DNA of 64,000 nucleotides from an uncultured Ruminococcus sp. (GCA_947178575.1 CAMWYX010000002.1:32543-96542); one strand, 5' to 3'. Numbered from the stretch's first letter, positions 10,563-20,321 are shown. Notes: generated from the sequence alone by a model not told the origin. A program made the numbers and translations.

Positions 10563-11188
10563 CAGCTGTTATATTCGCTGGCGGAATCATTGAATGTACA
10601 GATTTTATTGATATTGATGAAATAAAATCTGCTGACCTCATAATATGTGCCGACAGGGGGTATTTGTATGCACAGACTTTAGGAATAGCTCCGGATATTG
10701 TTATGGGTGATTTTGATTCCTATAACGGCGAAATTTCAGGCGAATTTGAAATTTACAGAAGTATTCCGGAAAAAGATGATACAGATACTCTGCTTGCCGT
10801 CAGAACTGCAATAGAACGTGGTTGTACGGAAATCCGGCTTTACGGTGCGCTGGGAGCAAGATTTGACCATTCTTTTGCGAATATTCAGACTTTGTTATAT
10901 GCCCGCCGGAAAAGCTGTGCAGTCACGATAATTGATTCGGACAATGAAATCACCGTTCAGGGAGCGGGAGAACGCCGTTATCCATATCGTGAGAACTGGT
11001 ATTTTTCAATTTTTGCTCTGACCGATACAGCGGTAATCGGGGAATTTTCCGGCGTGAAATATCCGCTCAAAAATTATTCCATGACCACAGATTATCCGAT
11101 AGGCGTGAGCAATGAAATAATTTCTGATGAAGCTGTACTGCGTGTCGATTCCGGAATTATTCTCGTTATCCGTTCAATGAATAAATAA
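10559..11188 (+). CDS. thiN: thiamine pyrophosphokinase
   Basis: Motifs ADRG, GDFDS and KDDTD. ATGA overlap with the rsgA stop, and AAGGAG RBS upstream. Confidence 0.85.
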   Translation: MTAVIFAGGIIECTDFIDIDEIKSADLIICADRGYLYAQTLGIAPDIVMGDFDSYNGEISGEFEIYRSIPEKDDTDTLLAVRTAIERGCTEIRLYGALGARFDHSFANIQTLLYARRKSCAVTIIDSDNEITVQGAGERRYPYRENWYFSIFALTDTAVIGEFSGVKYPLKNYSMTTDYPIGVSNEIISDEAVLRVDSGIILVIRSMNK

Positions 11189-11249
11189 CAGTGATGTAAC
11201 ATAAACCGGATTCCTGAATATAATAGAGTATGCAAAGGAGGGATTACAT

Positions 11250-11336
11250 ATGAAAATCATTGTAATCAAAAGTCCAAAGCTGCTTTCGGGAGTTCTGAGA
11301 GCTATATTCAGAATAAAAAAGGACGAAGAAATGTAA
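11250..11336 (+). CDS. spoVM: stage V sporulation protein M (28 aa; not in the ORF track)
   Basis: Translation MKIIVIKSPKLLSGVLRAIFRIKKDEEM aligns with B. subtilis SpoVM MKFYTIKLPKFLGGIVRAMLGSFRKD. AAAGGAGGG RBS at 11235-11243. Same position after thiN as in B. subtilis. Confidence 0.85.
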   Translation: MKIIVIKSPKLLSGVLRAIFRIKKDEEM

Positions 11337-11375
11337 AGACAGTATCTCACAGAAAAGATACTGACAGAAATTCAG

Positions 11376-11409
11376 CCGTATTGCAGAAATGCAGTGCGGT
11401 TGTTTTTTA
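11376..11409 (+). terminator. intrinsic terminator after spoVM
   Basis: 10-bp stem CCGTATTGCA / TGCAGTGCGG (two G-U pairs) with a GAAA loop, followed by TTGTTTTTT. Confidence 0.75.
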
Positions 11410-11535
11410 TTATTTATTTTATTTTATTGTTGTGAAAAGTGTCTTTTTACTCTTGAATTAATACATCTGTTTTGTAGGAAATGTCATGTGTTTGGAAATT
11501 GTAACCAATTAGTAATAATTAATTCTGAAAATGAC

Positions 11536-11564
11536 TTGTAACTTTCCGAATAAAATGCTATAAT
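11536..11564 (+). promoter_or_regulatory. sigma-A-type promoter candidate for the membrane-protein / M23 genes
   Basis: TTGTAA, 17-nt spacer, TATAAT with an upstream TGc extended -10. Confidence 0.5.
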
Positions 11565-11660
11565 ATATCTATATGCGGATAAAACATATTTTTTTAGAGA
11601 CTGACGGAAATTTTCCTTATATGTTTCTGATATATGACATTATTTTTAACGGAGGTTCAA

Positions 11661-12890
11661 ATGAAATCTATTCTGTCAAATAAATGGACAAAACGATGTG
11701 TTTCTGTTATCGCTTCGCTTTATACAGCCGGTGTCTGTATACTGAGTTATTTTTCCATATTTTACAATATTTATGTGGAATCTAAAGTTTCTCTCTGCCT
11801 GCTGGTATCAGCCGTGTCGGTTATTGCACTGGTTCTGATGCTCTATACACGAAATCAGCTTCTTACAAAAATATCGAGCTTTTTGATACTTTTTGCCATG
11901 ATACCAGTGGTTCTGCTGTATTTCAGCGAAAAGGCACTTCTTATTCCTATAGTCGCAACCGGAATTATTATTCTTCTGATGTCGGGTGCGGGAGAGGGCA
12001 AAAAAACACTTTTCGGAACTATAATACTTCTGCTGTATATTTTCGGTGCACTGGGATATTTTCTGTTTACTTCGTTTTTCGTAACCCATGCAAAAACAGA
12101 AGTTATTCAGGACGGAGAATCACCGTCAAAATTATACCGCTATAAAATCGTAAACACGGAAGATACTTCCGGAGGAAGCACCGCTGTATATATCGAACCA
12201 AATACCGCTGACCTCCAATATCCTTTCGTTACTTTCAAGCTCAAGAATATGGAAAGAATCTGCTATATGGAAAGACCTATAAGCGGAAATGTTGAAATTC
12301 AATGGGCTACACAGAGCAGAAGCGATATAACTTCTCAGCTTGGAAGTATTTCCGAAGATATTATGGTTACTCTCAGCGATGATGAGCTCGAACAGCTTGG
12401 ATATACAAAAGATAACACGTTCCAGCTTTCCGGTATAAATGTGTACAAGCGTATGGAAATAGGTCTTACGGCTTCCGATGTTGCTCCGCTTAAACTTGAT
12501 TCCCTTACAGATGAGGAACTCGCTGTTTTTGATATAGGCAGAGAGTCCGACGGAAAATATTTCGTTCTTGAGCCTACAGACGACCTTTATCTCGTCACAA
12601 AAAAAGAATCAGGAGAAAAAATATATCTCAGCGAACTCAATAAAAAGGGTATCAGTGAGTTCAATTATTCACATCTCAATGATTATGGATATACTCTTTT
12701 TGAACTTGAAAGGGATACTTCCGTTCCGCTTTCGTCTCTCAATGATGTTCAGCTCGGAATGCTCGGAGTATCTGACGAGGGCGATGTACTTGCATTCAAC
12801 GGCAAAATCTGTTTCCGTTTTTATGTAGCGGAGATTGAAGATTATTTTGATACAGAATCACGTAAGCTGTCGATTGATTTATTAAGCTGA
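11661..12890 (+). CDS. hypothetical polytopic membrane protein (about 5 TM segments plus an ~250-aa extracytoplasmic domain)
   Basis: Long ORF. GGAGG at 11652-11656 favours ATG 11661. Hydrophobic N-terminal third. I recognise no family motif. Confidence 0.6.
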   Translation: MKSILSNKWTKRCVSVIASLYTAGVCILSYFSIFYNIYVESKVSLCLLVSAVSVIALVLMLYTRNQLLTKISSFLILFAMIPVVLLYFSEKALLIPIVATGIIILLMSGAGEGKKTLFGTIILLLYIFGALGYFLFTSFFVTHAKTEVIQDGESPSKLYRYKIVNTEDTSGGSTAVYIEPNTADLQYPFVTFKLKNMERICYMERPISGNVEIQWATQSRSDITSQLGSISEDIMVTLSDDELEQLGYTKDNTFQLSGINVYKRMEIGLTASDVAPLKLDSLTDEELAVFDIGRESDGKYFVLEPTDDLYLVTKKESGEKIYLSELNKKGISEFNYSHLNDYGYTLFELERDTSVPLSSLNDVQLGMLGVSDEGDVLAFNGKICFRFYVAEIEDYFDTESRKLSIDLLS

Positions 12891-12956
12891 AAAACATAAG
12901 TAATATTCTGCATATTGTGCCTTTTTCCGTCAATAATAATGGCGGAGGTGTTATAC

Positions 12957-13784
12957 ATGAAAAATTTTTCTGGTAACAATAAAGGCTCAAAAGGATTTTA
13001 TGCAGCTCTTGGAATAAGTGCTGTGATGATAGGTTCAGCTTGTTATTTCGCTTATGAACAGGGAGAAAAGCTCACGGAAGATTTTACAGCACGGAATATC
13101 CCTGCCGAATCCGAAGAAGCCGTGGACAGGCATGTAAATGATTTGCCGAAAGGCACTGCTCCGACATATCGGATAACTTCTGTCGTATCGGCAACGCAGA
13201 CTGTTGCGGTTCCGCCGGTCGCTACTGCTCCGCCGGTGGAAACCATGCCTGCGGAAATCATTCTTGTTGACCCTGCCGAACCCGTGGCAGTTGAAGATGA
13301 ATATGTTCCAATTCCTGTAGAAGCCGATGAGGAAATGCCGGTTGAATCTGTTGTGAATACAGCAAAACTTGAAAACGTCAAACAGCCTCTTTCGGAAATG
13401 GGTGATGTTATAGGAGTTTTCAGCAACGGTGAACTTATAAAAAATCCGACAACAGGTTCATGGCAGACACATAACGGTGCAGATATTGCCGCTGATGTGG
13501 GAACAGAAGTATATGCTGTGTCAAACGGAGAAATAACGGAAGTCAATAATGACCCGGTATGGGGAGTTACTGTTCTGCTTAATCATCACAACGGATACGA
13601 AACAAGATACTGCGGATTATCGCAGGGACTTGATGTTCAGGTCGGCGATACCATAGTAAGCGGTGATTTGATAGGAACTGTAGGAGATACGGCAGATATT
13701 GAAAGTTCCCTCGCACCGCATCTTCATATCGAAATGCTTCACAACGGAGGCTATATTGACCCTATTGCCGAACTGGGCGATTAA
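12957..13784 (+). CDS. membrane-anchored M23/LytM-family metallopeptidase (SpoIIQ-like architecture)
   Basis: GGAGGTG RBS then ATG 12957. One N-terminal TM segment, a Pro/Val-rich linker, and C-terminal LytM motifs HNGADI (HxxxD) and HLHIE (HxH). Confidence 0.8.
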   Translation: MKNFSGNNKGSKGFYAALGISAVMIGSACYFAYEQGEKLTEDFTARNIPAESEEAVDRHVNDLPKGTAPTYRITSVVSATQTVAVPPVATAPPVETMPAEIILVDPAEPVAVEDEYVPIPVEADEEMPVESVVNTAKLENVKQPLSEMGDVIGVFSNGELIKNPTTGSWQTHNGADIAADVGTEVYAVSNGEITEVNNDPVWGVTVLLNHHNGYETRYCGLSQGLDVQVGDTIVSGDLIGTVGDTADIESSLAPHLHIEMLHNGGYIDPIAELGD

Positions 13785-13800
13785 TTTTATTCATTAAAAA

Positions 13801-13862
13801 ACAAGCCGTCGCAGAACCCGTTAAATTGATAAACGGATAAAAAGACGGCTTGTATTATTATT
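13801..13862 (+). terminator. terminator-like long hairpin after the M23 gene
   Basis: ACAAGCCGTC (13801-13810) pairs with GACGGCTTGT (13844-13853). There is an inner CCGTT/AACGG stem. The tail ATTATTATT is a weak U-tract. Confidence 0.45.
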
Positions 13863-13879
13863 AAAAAAAGGTGAATTTT

Positions 13880-14728
13880 ATGAATCTTACTAATTCAGAA
13901 ATAACTGCTAAGGCTGAACTTAGCCTGAGAAAAAAATTCAAAAAAAGCATATGGTGCAGATTTACAAAAGGAATAAACGAATATGAACTCATTCAGCCGA
14001 ATGACAGAATCGCCGTCTGCATATCGGGCGGAAAGGATTCTATGCTGATGGCTAAGCTGTTTCAGGAACTTAAACGGCATGATAAATTCCCTTTTGAAGT
14101 TGAATTTATTGTCATGGACCCTGGATATAATCACGAAAACCGCTGTAAAATCATTGAGAATGCAGAAAAGCTTTCTGTTCCGATAAATATTTTTGAATCG
14201 GATATTTTCAGTTCCGTAACTCATATTGAAAAGAATCCGTGTTACATATGTGCCCGTATGCGTCGTGGATTTCTGTATAATAAGGCAAAGGAACTGAAAT
14301 GCAATAAGATAGCTCTTGGACATCATTTTGATGATGTGATTGAGACTATTCTTATGGGAATGCTTTACGGCGGACAGGTTCAGACGATGATGCCTAAGCT
14401 TCACAGCACGAATTTTGAGGGAATGGAGCTTATACGTCCGATGTATCTTATACGGGAAGCCGATATAAAACATTGGTGTTCTTACAATGAACTCGATTTC
14501 ATACAGTGTGCGTGCAGATTTACAGAGACCTGTTCAGATGTCAGAGAGGACGGTCATTCTGTTTCAAAGCGTATGGAAATAAAATCGCTTATTGCCCAGA
14601 TGAAAAAAATAAATCCGCAGGTGGAAAAGAATATTTTCCGGAGCGTTGAGAATGTGAATCTCAGCACGATTATCGCATATAAATCAGGCGGAGAAGTACA
14701 TAATTTCCTTGATAAATACGACAAATAA
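13880..14728 (+). CDS. ttcA: PP-loop ATPase, TtcA-like tRNA 2-thiocytidine biosynthesis protein
   Basis: SGGKDS PP-loop, CYICARMRRG motif, and a second Cys cluster (CACRF..C). Confidence 0.7.
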   Translation: MNLTNSEITAKAELSLRKKFKKSIWCRFTKGINEYELIQPNDRIAVCISGGKDSMLMAKLFQELKRHDKFPFEVEFIVMDPGYNHENRCKIIENAEKLSVPINIFESDIFSSVTHIEKNPCYICARMRRGFLYNKAKELKCNKIALGHHFDDVIETILMGMLYGGQVQTMMPKLHSTNFEGMELIRPMYLIREADIKHWCSYNELDFIQCACRFTETCSDVREDGHSVSKRMEIKSLIAQMKKINPQVEKNIFRSVENVNLSTIIAYKSGGEVHNFLDKYDK

Positions 14729-14732
14729 AAAC

Positions 14733-14768
14733 AAGGGACGTTTATTGTACGTCCCTTTGATTTTTTTA
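14733..14768. terminator. bidirectional terminator between ttcA-like (+) and pbp2 (-)
   Basis: AAGGGACGT / ACGTCCCTT 9-bp stem, with T-runs available on both strands. Confidence 0.75.
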
Positions 14769-16961
14769 TCCGGCGTTAGTTGTTCCGCCGGAAGTTGTCT
14801 GAACTGCTGTTGTCTTAACGGCAGTTGTTTTTGTATCTGTGCTTTCTATTTTTGAATTTTTTGAATTTTTGGTATCTTTGGTATTGCTGTCTGTTGTGGT
14901 AGTTGTGGTGGTTGTAGTTGGTTTGGTCTTGGCTGTTGTGCCGTTGCGGACTTCCGGCGGAAGTTCCTGTTTTTCAGGCTTTGAGCCGTTGATTCCGAAG
15001 CATTCCTGATATGCCAGTATAATATCACGCACCATATATTTGGAATATTCACCGCCCTCGATAACACCGGCGAAAGCGATTTCGGGCTTATCGGCAGGTG
15101 CAAATCCGATAAATACAGAGTTCTGCTTGCTGAGGTCGTTTGCATCGGTCTGAGGAGTACCGGTTTTTATGGCAACGCTGAATCCGAGATTGGTGAGGGA
15201 ATACGGAGCAGGAACATTAAGCGCAGCATCTTTCATTCCGCTGATTATATAATCATAGACATAATCATAATTCAAGTCTATAACTTCGGAGATGGTTTTT
15301 TTCGTTTTTTCAATCTGCTTGTTTGTGCCGTAGGTGTAGAGACTGTCCACAAGATACGGCTTGTATCTGACACCTTTGTTCGCTATGGTATTTGCGACGG
15401 TTGCAAGCTGTAAAGGTGTGAATCCGCAGTCCTGATTTCCGATACCTGCCTGAATAACGTATCCGATATACCAAGGCTGACCACGTTCAGCGAATGTTTC
15501 GGGATTACAGAGGAATCCGCCGGCGTCTCCCGTTTCAAGCCCGAGAGGAGAGCCGAGACCGTACAGCTGAGCGTATTTTGTTATATTGTCGATTCCGAGA
15601 TTGCGTGATGTTTCGTAGAAAAATATATTGCAGGAGACGCATATGGCATTTCGCACCGAAATATATGAGTGATAACCGGTACACTGGAACGAACCGCCGT
15701 AAAAATCATAGTATCGTGTGCAGTTATACGAAGTATTTCCTTTTATGACTCCCTCGTTAAGACCGGCAGTTGCCGTGATTGTCTTGAATGTCGAGCCAGG
15801 GAGATACTGACCCCATGTACATCTGTTGAACATAGGAGAATTTGGTTCTTCAAGGAGTTTGTCGTAATTTTCTTCAAAATCCTTGAGATTATATGTCGGA
15901 GCTGTTGCCATACCTCTTACTGCTCCTGTTTTGGCATCAAGAACAACCAACGCACCCTTTTCGACTTTATGACCGCCGTACCAGCCGAAATTCTGTAGGA
16001 AATTATCAAGAACGCCCTGTAATTTCAGTTGAAATGCTCCGTCCACGGTCAGTTTTACGGTCTCGCCGGGAACAGTATCGCTTATAGTGCGTATATCTAC
16101 TATTGCATCGTTGAGGAGTGTAACTTCTTCAACGCCGTTTTTGCCTCGAAGTTCGGATTCCATGGCTTTTTCGATACCGCTTTTACCGACTATATCGTCC
16201 ATATTATAGCCCTGTTCCTTGAGTTCATCGTATTCCTCGGCATATATAGGACCTACAACGCCTATTTCATGCGGAAGTATATCGCCACGGACAATGCTTC
16301 TGTCGGCGGATTCAACGGCTTCTATTCCACGCAGAACAGTGCTCAGACCTTTCATGCGGATAGCGGTTGCGGTGTTCACGTTTTTTGCAAGAACAAAATC
16401 CGTACTGTAAGAAAAATCCTTTGCAAGCATTGAGTAACGCATACCGGCGATTATACGTTTTTCCTCATCGGTATAATCATCTGATATTTCATAGTCGGAA
16501 ATCAGCTTGTCTATACAGTTTTCGGCGGTTGCGTACACATTAAGTCCGAGAAGTTGCGTGACTGATTCCGTATCGTCATCTGTATATGAATAAGGTTTTT
16601 CCATTGTAACAGGCAGAATGTCATCAAAGCTGTGTTTTTTGTCTGCGAGTTCTCTGTAGCACTGAATAAGAATTTCATTTCCTTCCTGAAATTCCTGCGG
16701 AAAAAACGCATATTTCAGAACTATATCGGTTCTTCCGGTATTTTTTATTATTTTATTTCCTCTGTAGTCGATTATTTCTCCACGTGTAGGCAATATTTCA
16801 CGCTGAAATGTGGTTGCTCCGCTGTCGTATCTTGTTGATGCCACAGCATCTTCGCCCTCTACAATCTGGAGCTTCATAAGTTTTAATGCACCGGCTGCTC
16901 CGAAAGCGAGAATAAGAAGTACGAAAATAATTGATTTTATTGTATCAGCCGCTTTGTTCAT
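14766..16961 (-). CDS. mrdA: penicillin-binding protein 2 (elongasome class B transpeptidase) with a Thr-rich C-terminal tail
   Basis: 731 aa. STFK active-site motif and KTGT motif. Last gene of mreB-mreC-mreD-pbp2. AGGAGG RBS. Confidence 0.9.
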   Translation of the reverse strand: MNKAADTIKSIIFVLLILAFGAAGALKLMKLQIVEGEDAVASTRYDSGATTFQREILPTRGEIIDYRGNKIIKNTGRTDIVLKYAFFPQEFQEGNEILIQCYRELADKKHSFDDILPVTMEKPYSYTDDDTESVTQLLGLNVYATAENCIDKLISDYEISDDYTDEEKRIIAGMRYSMLAKDFSYSTDFVLAKNVNTATAIRMKGLSTVLRGIEAVESADRSIVRGDILPHEIGVVGPIYAEEYDELKEQGYNMDDIVGKSGIEKAMESELRGKNGVEEVTLLNDAIVDIRTISDTVPGETVKLTVDGAFQLKLQGVLDNFLQNFGWYGGHKVEKGALVVLDAKTGAVRGMATAPTYNLKDFEENYDKLLEEPNSPMFNRCTWGQYLPGSTFKTITATAGLNEGVIKGNTSYNCTRYYDFYGGSFQCTGYHSYISVRNAICVSCNIFFYETSRNLGIDNITKYAQLYGLGSPLGLETGDAGGFLCNPETFAERGQPWYIGYVIQAGIGNQDCGFTPLQLATVANTIANKGVRYKPYLVDSLYTYGTNKQIEKTKKTISEVIDLNYDYVYDYIISGMKDAALNVPAPYSLTNLGFSVAIKTGTPQTDANDLSKQNSVFIGFAPADKPEIAFAGVIEGGEYSKYMVRDIILAYQECFGINGSKPEKQELPPEVRNGTTAKTKPTTTTTTTTTDSNTKDTKNSKNSKIESTDTKTTAVKTTAVQTTSGGTTNAG

Positions 16962-16991
16962 TTTTATCCTCCTGACTGTATGATTTCAGCT

Positions 16992-17549
16992 TTAATTATT
17001 GCGGATTACTTCTTCTATGGTAAGATGTTCCTTGGGCATAAGCAGATTATTTATTATTCTGAATATTACATAAAGAATAACAGATGAAATCATAGTGTAA
17101 ATCCATACTTTGAGAGTTACATTTCGGAATATATTGTTTACGTTTTCGTAATCCCACAACTTATAAAAGAACTGGAAATCAAGAAAACACTGTAAGAATG
17201 TCATAATCGCCGTAAGAACAATATAGTTGATGAATTTACGCCGGAGATAGAGTTCAAATATAAGCGTCATGGCTGCCGAAAATATTGTAAGAATAACAGC
17301 ATTATAGCCTATAAGCCGTCCGCAGGCTATATCAATCAGAAATCCGCAGAAAGCACCGGTATACGCCGATGCCATAATGTCGTTGTTTATAGCGATACAC
17401 AATGCGACGGGAACAAGAAGAACAGGTTTTTTCCATGAACCTGTTGTCATAATTACGAAACTCATAAGGATAATGACATAGTACAACGTCCAGCGCAGTG
17501 CGGTTTTAAAATAAAATATCCGCTTTTCACGGGTTGTCTTTATCCTCAT
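16992..17549 (-). CDS. mreD: rod shape-determining protein MreD
   Basis: 185-aa polytopic membrane protein directly after mreC, overlapping the mreC end. Confidence 0.75.
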   Translation of the reverse strand: MRIKTTREKRIFYFKTALRWTLYYVIILMSFVIMTTGSWKKPVLLVPVALCIAINNDIMASAYTGAFCGFLIDIACGRLIGYNAVILTIFSAAMTLIFELYLRRKFINYIVLTAIMTFLQCFLDFQFFYKLWDYENVNNIFRNVTLKVWIYTMISSVILYVIFRIINNLLMPKEHLTIEEVIRNN

Positions 17550-18444
17550 TGATTGCCTCCATTGCTGCTTTTTTTTCTTCTTCTCTCTTGGTATTTATAT
17601 CTTTTTTCTTGTCAAAATTTATGATTACAAATACCGAGCTAAGACGTGAAATGTCTACACTTGGCTTGATTTCTGCATAAGCTGAAAGTCCGTTTGCTTC
17701 AACGCCGATTTCCGTAACAGTTCCGACGGCGTAATCTTTCGGGAAAAGACCGCTGCTTCCGGAGGTTACAATCAGGTCGCCTTTTTTTACTTCATGATTC
17801 ATTGTAAGATGAGTTAGTTTTGTCATATTATTTTCAGCGGTTATAACAGTTCCCTCGACTATGCCGAAATCGGAATTTGTAGCAGAGCAGACAGTCGCTA
17901 CCGAAAGGTCAGGCGAAAGTATTGTGCGGACTGTTGAAGTAAACTGCGAAACTTCGATAGTAATTCCGACCAGTCCCTCCGGAGTTATAACAGGACAGTA
18001 AGGCTTTATTCCGTCAGCATAGCCACGGTCTATAGTAAATCCCTTGAAAGGGTCATTTGCCACATATCCGAGAACTTCGGCGGACTGCGAAAAAACATTA
18101 TCGGGGTGTTCTTCTTTTATGACTACAAGTTTGCGGAGTTCCTTGACTTCTTCCTTTAAATCTTCATATTCTGTAAGCTGTTTGTTGAGTTCACCGATTT
18201 TCTGTTTAAGGAGCTTATTTTCCTCATAATATGAGATAGAATTGTTTACCGAATCGGCGGTATTTTCAATTTTCATTGATACTGCATTTGTTATGAAACG
18301 GAACGGCTTTGTTATGGTATTTATGAATGATACGCTTGAAAGCGAATATCCTCCACGTGTAACGGCATATATCATAATACCCATCAGAAACGCAATAAAG
18401 GCAAGGAGAATTTTAAACCGTATGCTTTTCAGAAATTCACGCAT
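17527..18444 (-). CDS. mreC: rod shape-determining protein MreC
   Basis: N-terminal TM segment, coiled coil, then a beta-rich domain (GDLIVTSG, FPKDYAVG). Position after mreB. Confidence 0.88.
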   Translation of the reverse strand: MREFLKSIRFKILLAFIAFLMGIMIYAVTRGGYSLSSVSFINTITKPFRFITNAVSMKIENTADSVNNSISYYEENKLLKQKIGELNKQLTEYEDLKEEVKELRKLVVIKEEHPDNVFSQSAEVLGYVANDPFKGFTIDRGYADGIKPYCPVITPEGLVGITIEVSQFTSTVRTILSPDLSVATVCSATNSDFGIVEGTVITAENNMTKLTHLTMNHEVKKGDLIVTSGSSGLFPKDYAVGTVTEIGVEANGLSAYAEIKPSVDISRLSSVFVIINFDKKKDINTKREEEKKAAMEAINEDKDNP

Positions 18445-18456
18445 TAGGAAGCCCCC

Positions 18457-19473
18457 TTAATAATATTTGACATTTTCAGTCAATGCGTCCTGATATTTAC
18501 TGATATTTTCGAGGATTTTTCCTGTACCTTCTGCAACACAATCGAGCGGATATTCTGCGATGTATACGGGCATACCGGTTTCACGTGCGATAAGTTTATC
18601 AAGACCTCTGAGAAGTGCACCGCCTCCGGAAAGCGTGATTCCGTGGTCAATTATGTCTGCGGAGAGTTCAGGCGGAGTGTCTTCAAGGGTTGCCTTTACG
18701 GCATCGATTACTTTGGCAAGTGGTTCAACGAGAGCGTCACGGATTTCCGAAGAATTAATAATAACATTTTCGGGAAGTCCGTTTACAAGATTTCTGCCCT
18801 TTATTTCCATAGTTTCTTCTTTTTCGCCGGGAAATGCCGAGCCGATTTCGATTTTGATATTTTCTGCTGTACGTTCACCGATAAGGAGATTATATTTTTT
18901 CTTGATGTAATTTATAATTGAGGCATCAAATTCATCGCCGGCACATCTGATAGAGCGTGAAGATACTATACCGCCGAGAGATACGACGGCGACTTCGCTT
19001 GTTCCGCCTCCTATATCAACAATCATATTTCCGGCAGGAGCGTTTGTGGGAAGTCCTGCGCCGATAGCTGCCGCCATAGGTTCTTCGATGATAAGGACAT
19101 TGTTTGCACCGGCTTTTTTACATGATTCACGGACAGCCCGTCTTTCGACGGCGGTAACACCTGACGGAATACAGATTATAACATTTGCTTTTGTAAGAAC
19201 AGTACCACGGAGAGCTTTTCGAATAAATTCCTGAAGCATGGTGGTGGCAATATCGAAATCGGCAATAACGCCGTCTTTAAGAGGACGGACTGCAACAATA
19301 GAACCCGGAGTTCTTCCGATTACTTCTTTGGCTTCCATACCGACGTATCGTGTTTTATCGGTTCTTGTATTTACAGCGACCACCGACGGCTCACGGATAA
19401 TAATTCCTTTGCCTCGGAGATATACCAAAGTATTAGCTGTACCTAAATCTATACCAATATCTTTTGTAAACAT
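18457..19473 (-). CDS. mreB: rod shape-determining actin homologue MreB
   Basis: DIGIDLGTANTLVY, DIGGGTSEVAV and GITLSGGGALL motifs. Confidence 0.96.
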   Translation of the reverse strand: MFTKDIGIDLGTANTLVYLRGKGIIIREPSVVAVNTRTDKTRYVGMEAKEVIGRTPGSIVAVRPLKDGVIADFDIATTMLQEFIRKALRGTVLTKANVIICIPSGVTAVERRAVRESCKKAGANNVLIIEEPMAAAIGAGLPTNAPAGNMIVDIGGGTSEVAVVSLGGIVSSRSIRCAGDEFDASIINYIKKKYNLLIGERTAENIKIEIGSAFPGEKEETMEIKGRNLVNGLPENVIINSSEIRDALVEPLAKVIDAVKATLEDTPPELSADIIDHGITLSGGGALLRGLDKLIARETGMPVYIAEYPLDCVAEGTGKILENISKYQDALTENVKYY

Positions 19474-19601
19474 TTTGAAGCTCCTTAAAATTCTTTTATA
19501 TCATATTTATTATATCACTATTTCCGCAAATAGACAATAATTTTATCTGAAAAATTTTTCCGTATATTTTTTGGAAAATATGTATATTCTGTTACGTAAA
19601 A

Positions 19602-19865
19602 TTATTTCGGAAAGAGTTTCGGTGATGTTTTGTAGTAGACGACAATTGCAGTGATAATCAGCATTATCTGTGCTATATTAAGCGAGAAATATATTCCGAA
19701 TGTCAGTTCCAGTACGCCGAGGATTTCAAAAGTACCGGGAATATAATTAAGTGGTTTTGTATATCCAAGCCAGCTAAGACCCTCAGTACCTATAAACATA
19801 TTTCCAATCATCGAGCCGGTAACGATTGCCGTTGCAATAAGAAATATCATATAGAGTTTTTTCAT
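19602..19865 (-). CDS. small membrane protein, DUF4321-like
   Basis: 87 aa with two hydrophobic segments. Abuts the dut stop. The family name is from memory of similar small genes in Clostridia. Confidence 0.5.
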   Translation of the reverse strand: MKKLYMIFLIATAIVTGSMIGNMFIGTEGLSWLGYTKPLNYIPGTFEILGVLELTFGIYFSLNIAQIMLIITAIVVYYKTSPKLFPK

Positions 19866-20321
19866 TTAATCATCTCCTCTGCTTAATATTCCGGTAGAAC
19901 CGAAACCGCCTGTTCCACGTTCTGTTTCTGTAAGGGAATCGCTGATTTCTATTTCCGGAAAGAATATTTTTGTAAGGACAAGCTGAGCTATTCTCATTCC
20001 GTTTTCAACGGCAAAAGATTTTTTTCCGTGATTTATCAGGGGAATCAGCCATTCACCACGATAATCGCTGTCAACCACGCCTACGCAGTTTGCGAGGGAT
20101 ATTCCGTATTTTGATGAAAGTCCCGAACGTGGATAAATAAGCATTGCCACGTCGTCGCAGTCTGTCTGAGAAACAAGACCGGTAGGAATCATTTTTATTT
20201 CACCGGGGGCAATGATTACGGGGTCATCAAGACAGGCGTATATATCAAGTCCGGCACTTGCTTTTGTTGCACGTGACGGAATGACTGCATTTTCATTGAT
20301 TTTTTTAAATGTCAGTTTCAT
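19866..20321 (-). CDS. dut: dUTP diphosphatase
   Basis: Motifs AGLDIYA, PRSG, GVVDSDYRGE and GTGGFGSTG. Confidence 0.93.
   Translation of the reverse strand: MKLTFKKINENAVIPSRATKASAGLDIYACLDDPVIIAPGEIKMIPTGLVSQTDCDDVAMLIYPRSGLSSKYGISLANCVGVVDSDYRGEWLIPLINHGKKSFAVENGMRIAQLVLTKIFFPEIEISDSLTETERGTGGFGSTGILSRGDD

Noticed and set aside
11189-11249. Attempt to assign a sigma-E-type sporulation promoter to spoVM.
   Set aside because: Only loose matches to the ATA...CATACA-type consensus within a 60-nt gap. I could not support a call.
14850-14945. Short direct repeats (TTTTGAATTTTT, GGTAGTTGTGGTGGTTGTAG), considered as a CRISPR or satellite.
   Set aside because: They are the coding sequence of the Thr/Lys/Asn-rich tail of PBP2 on the minus strand, with no spacer-repeat organisation.
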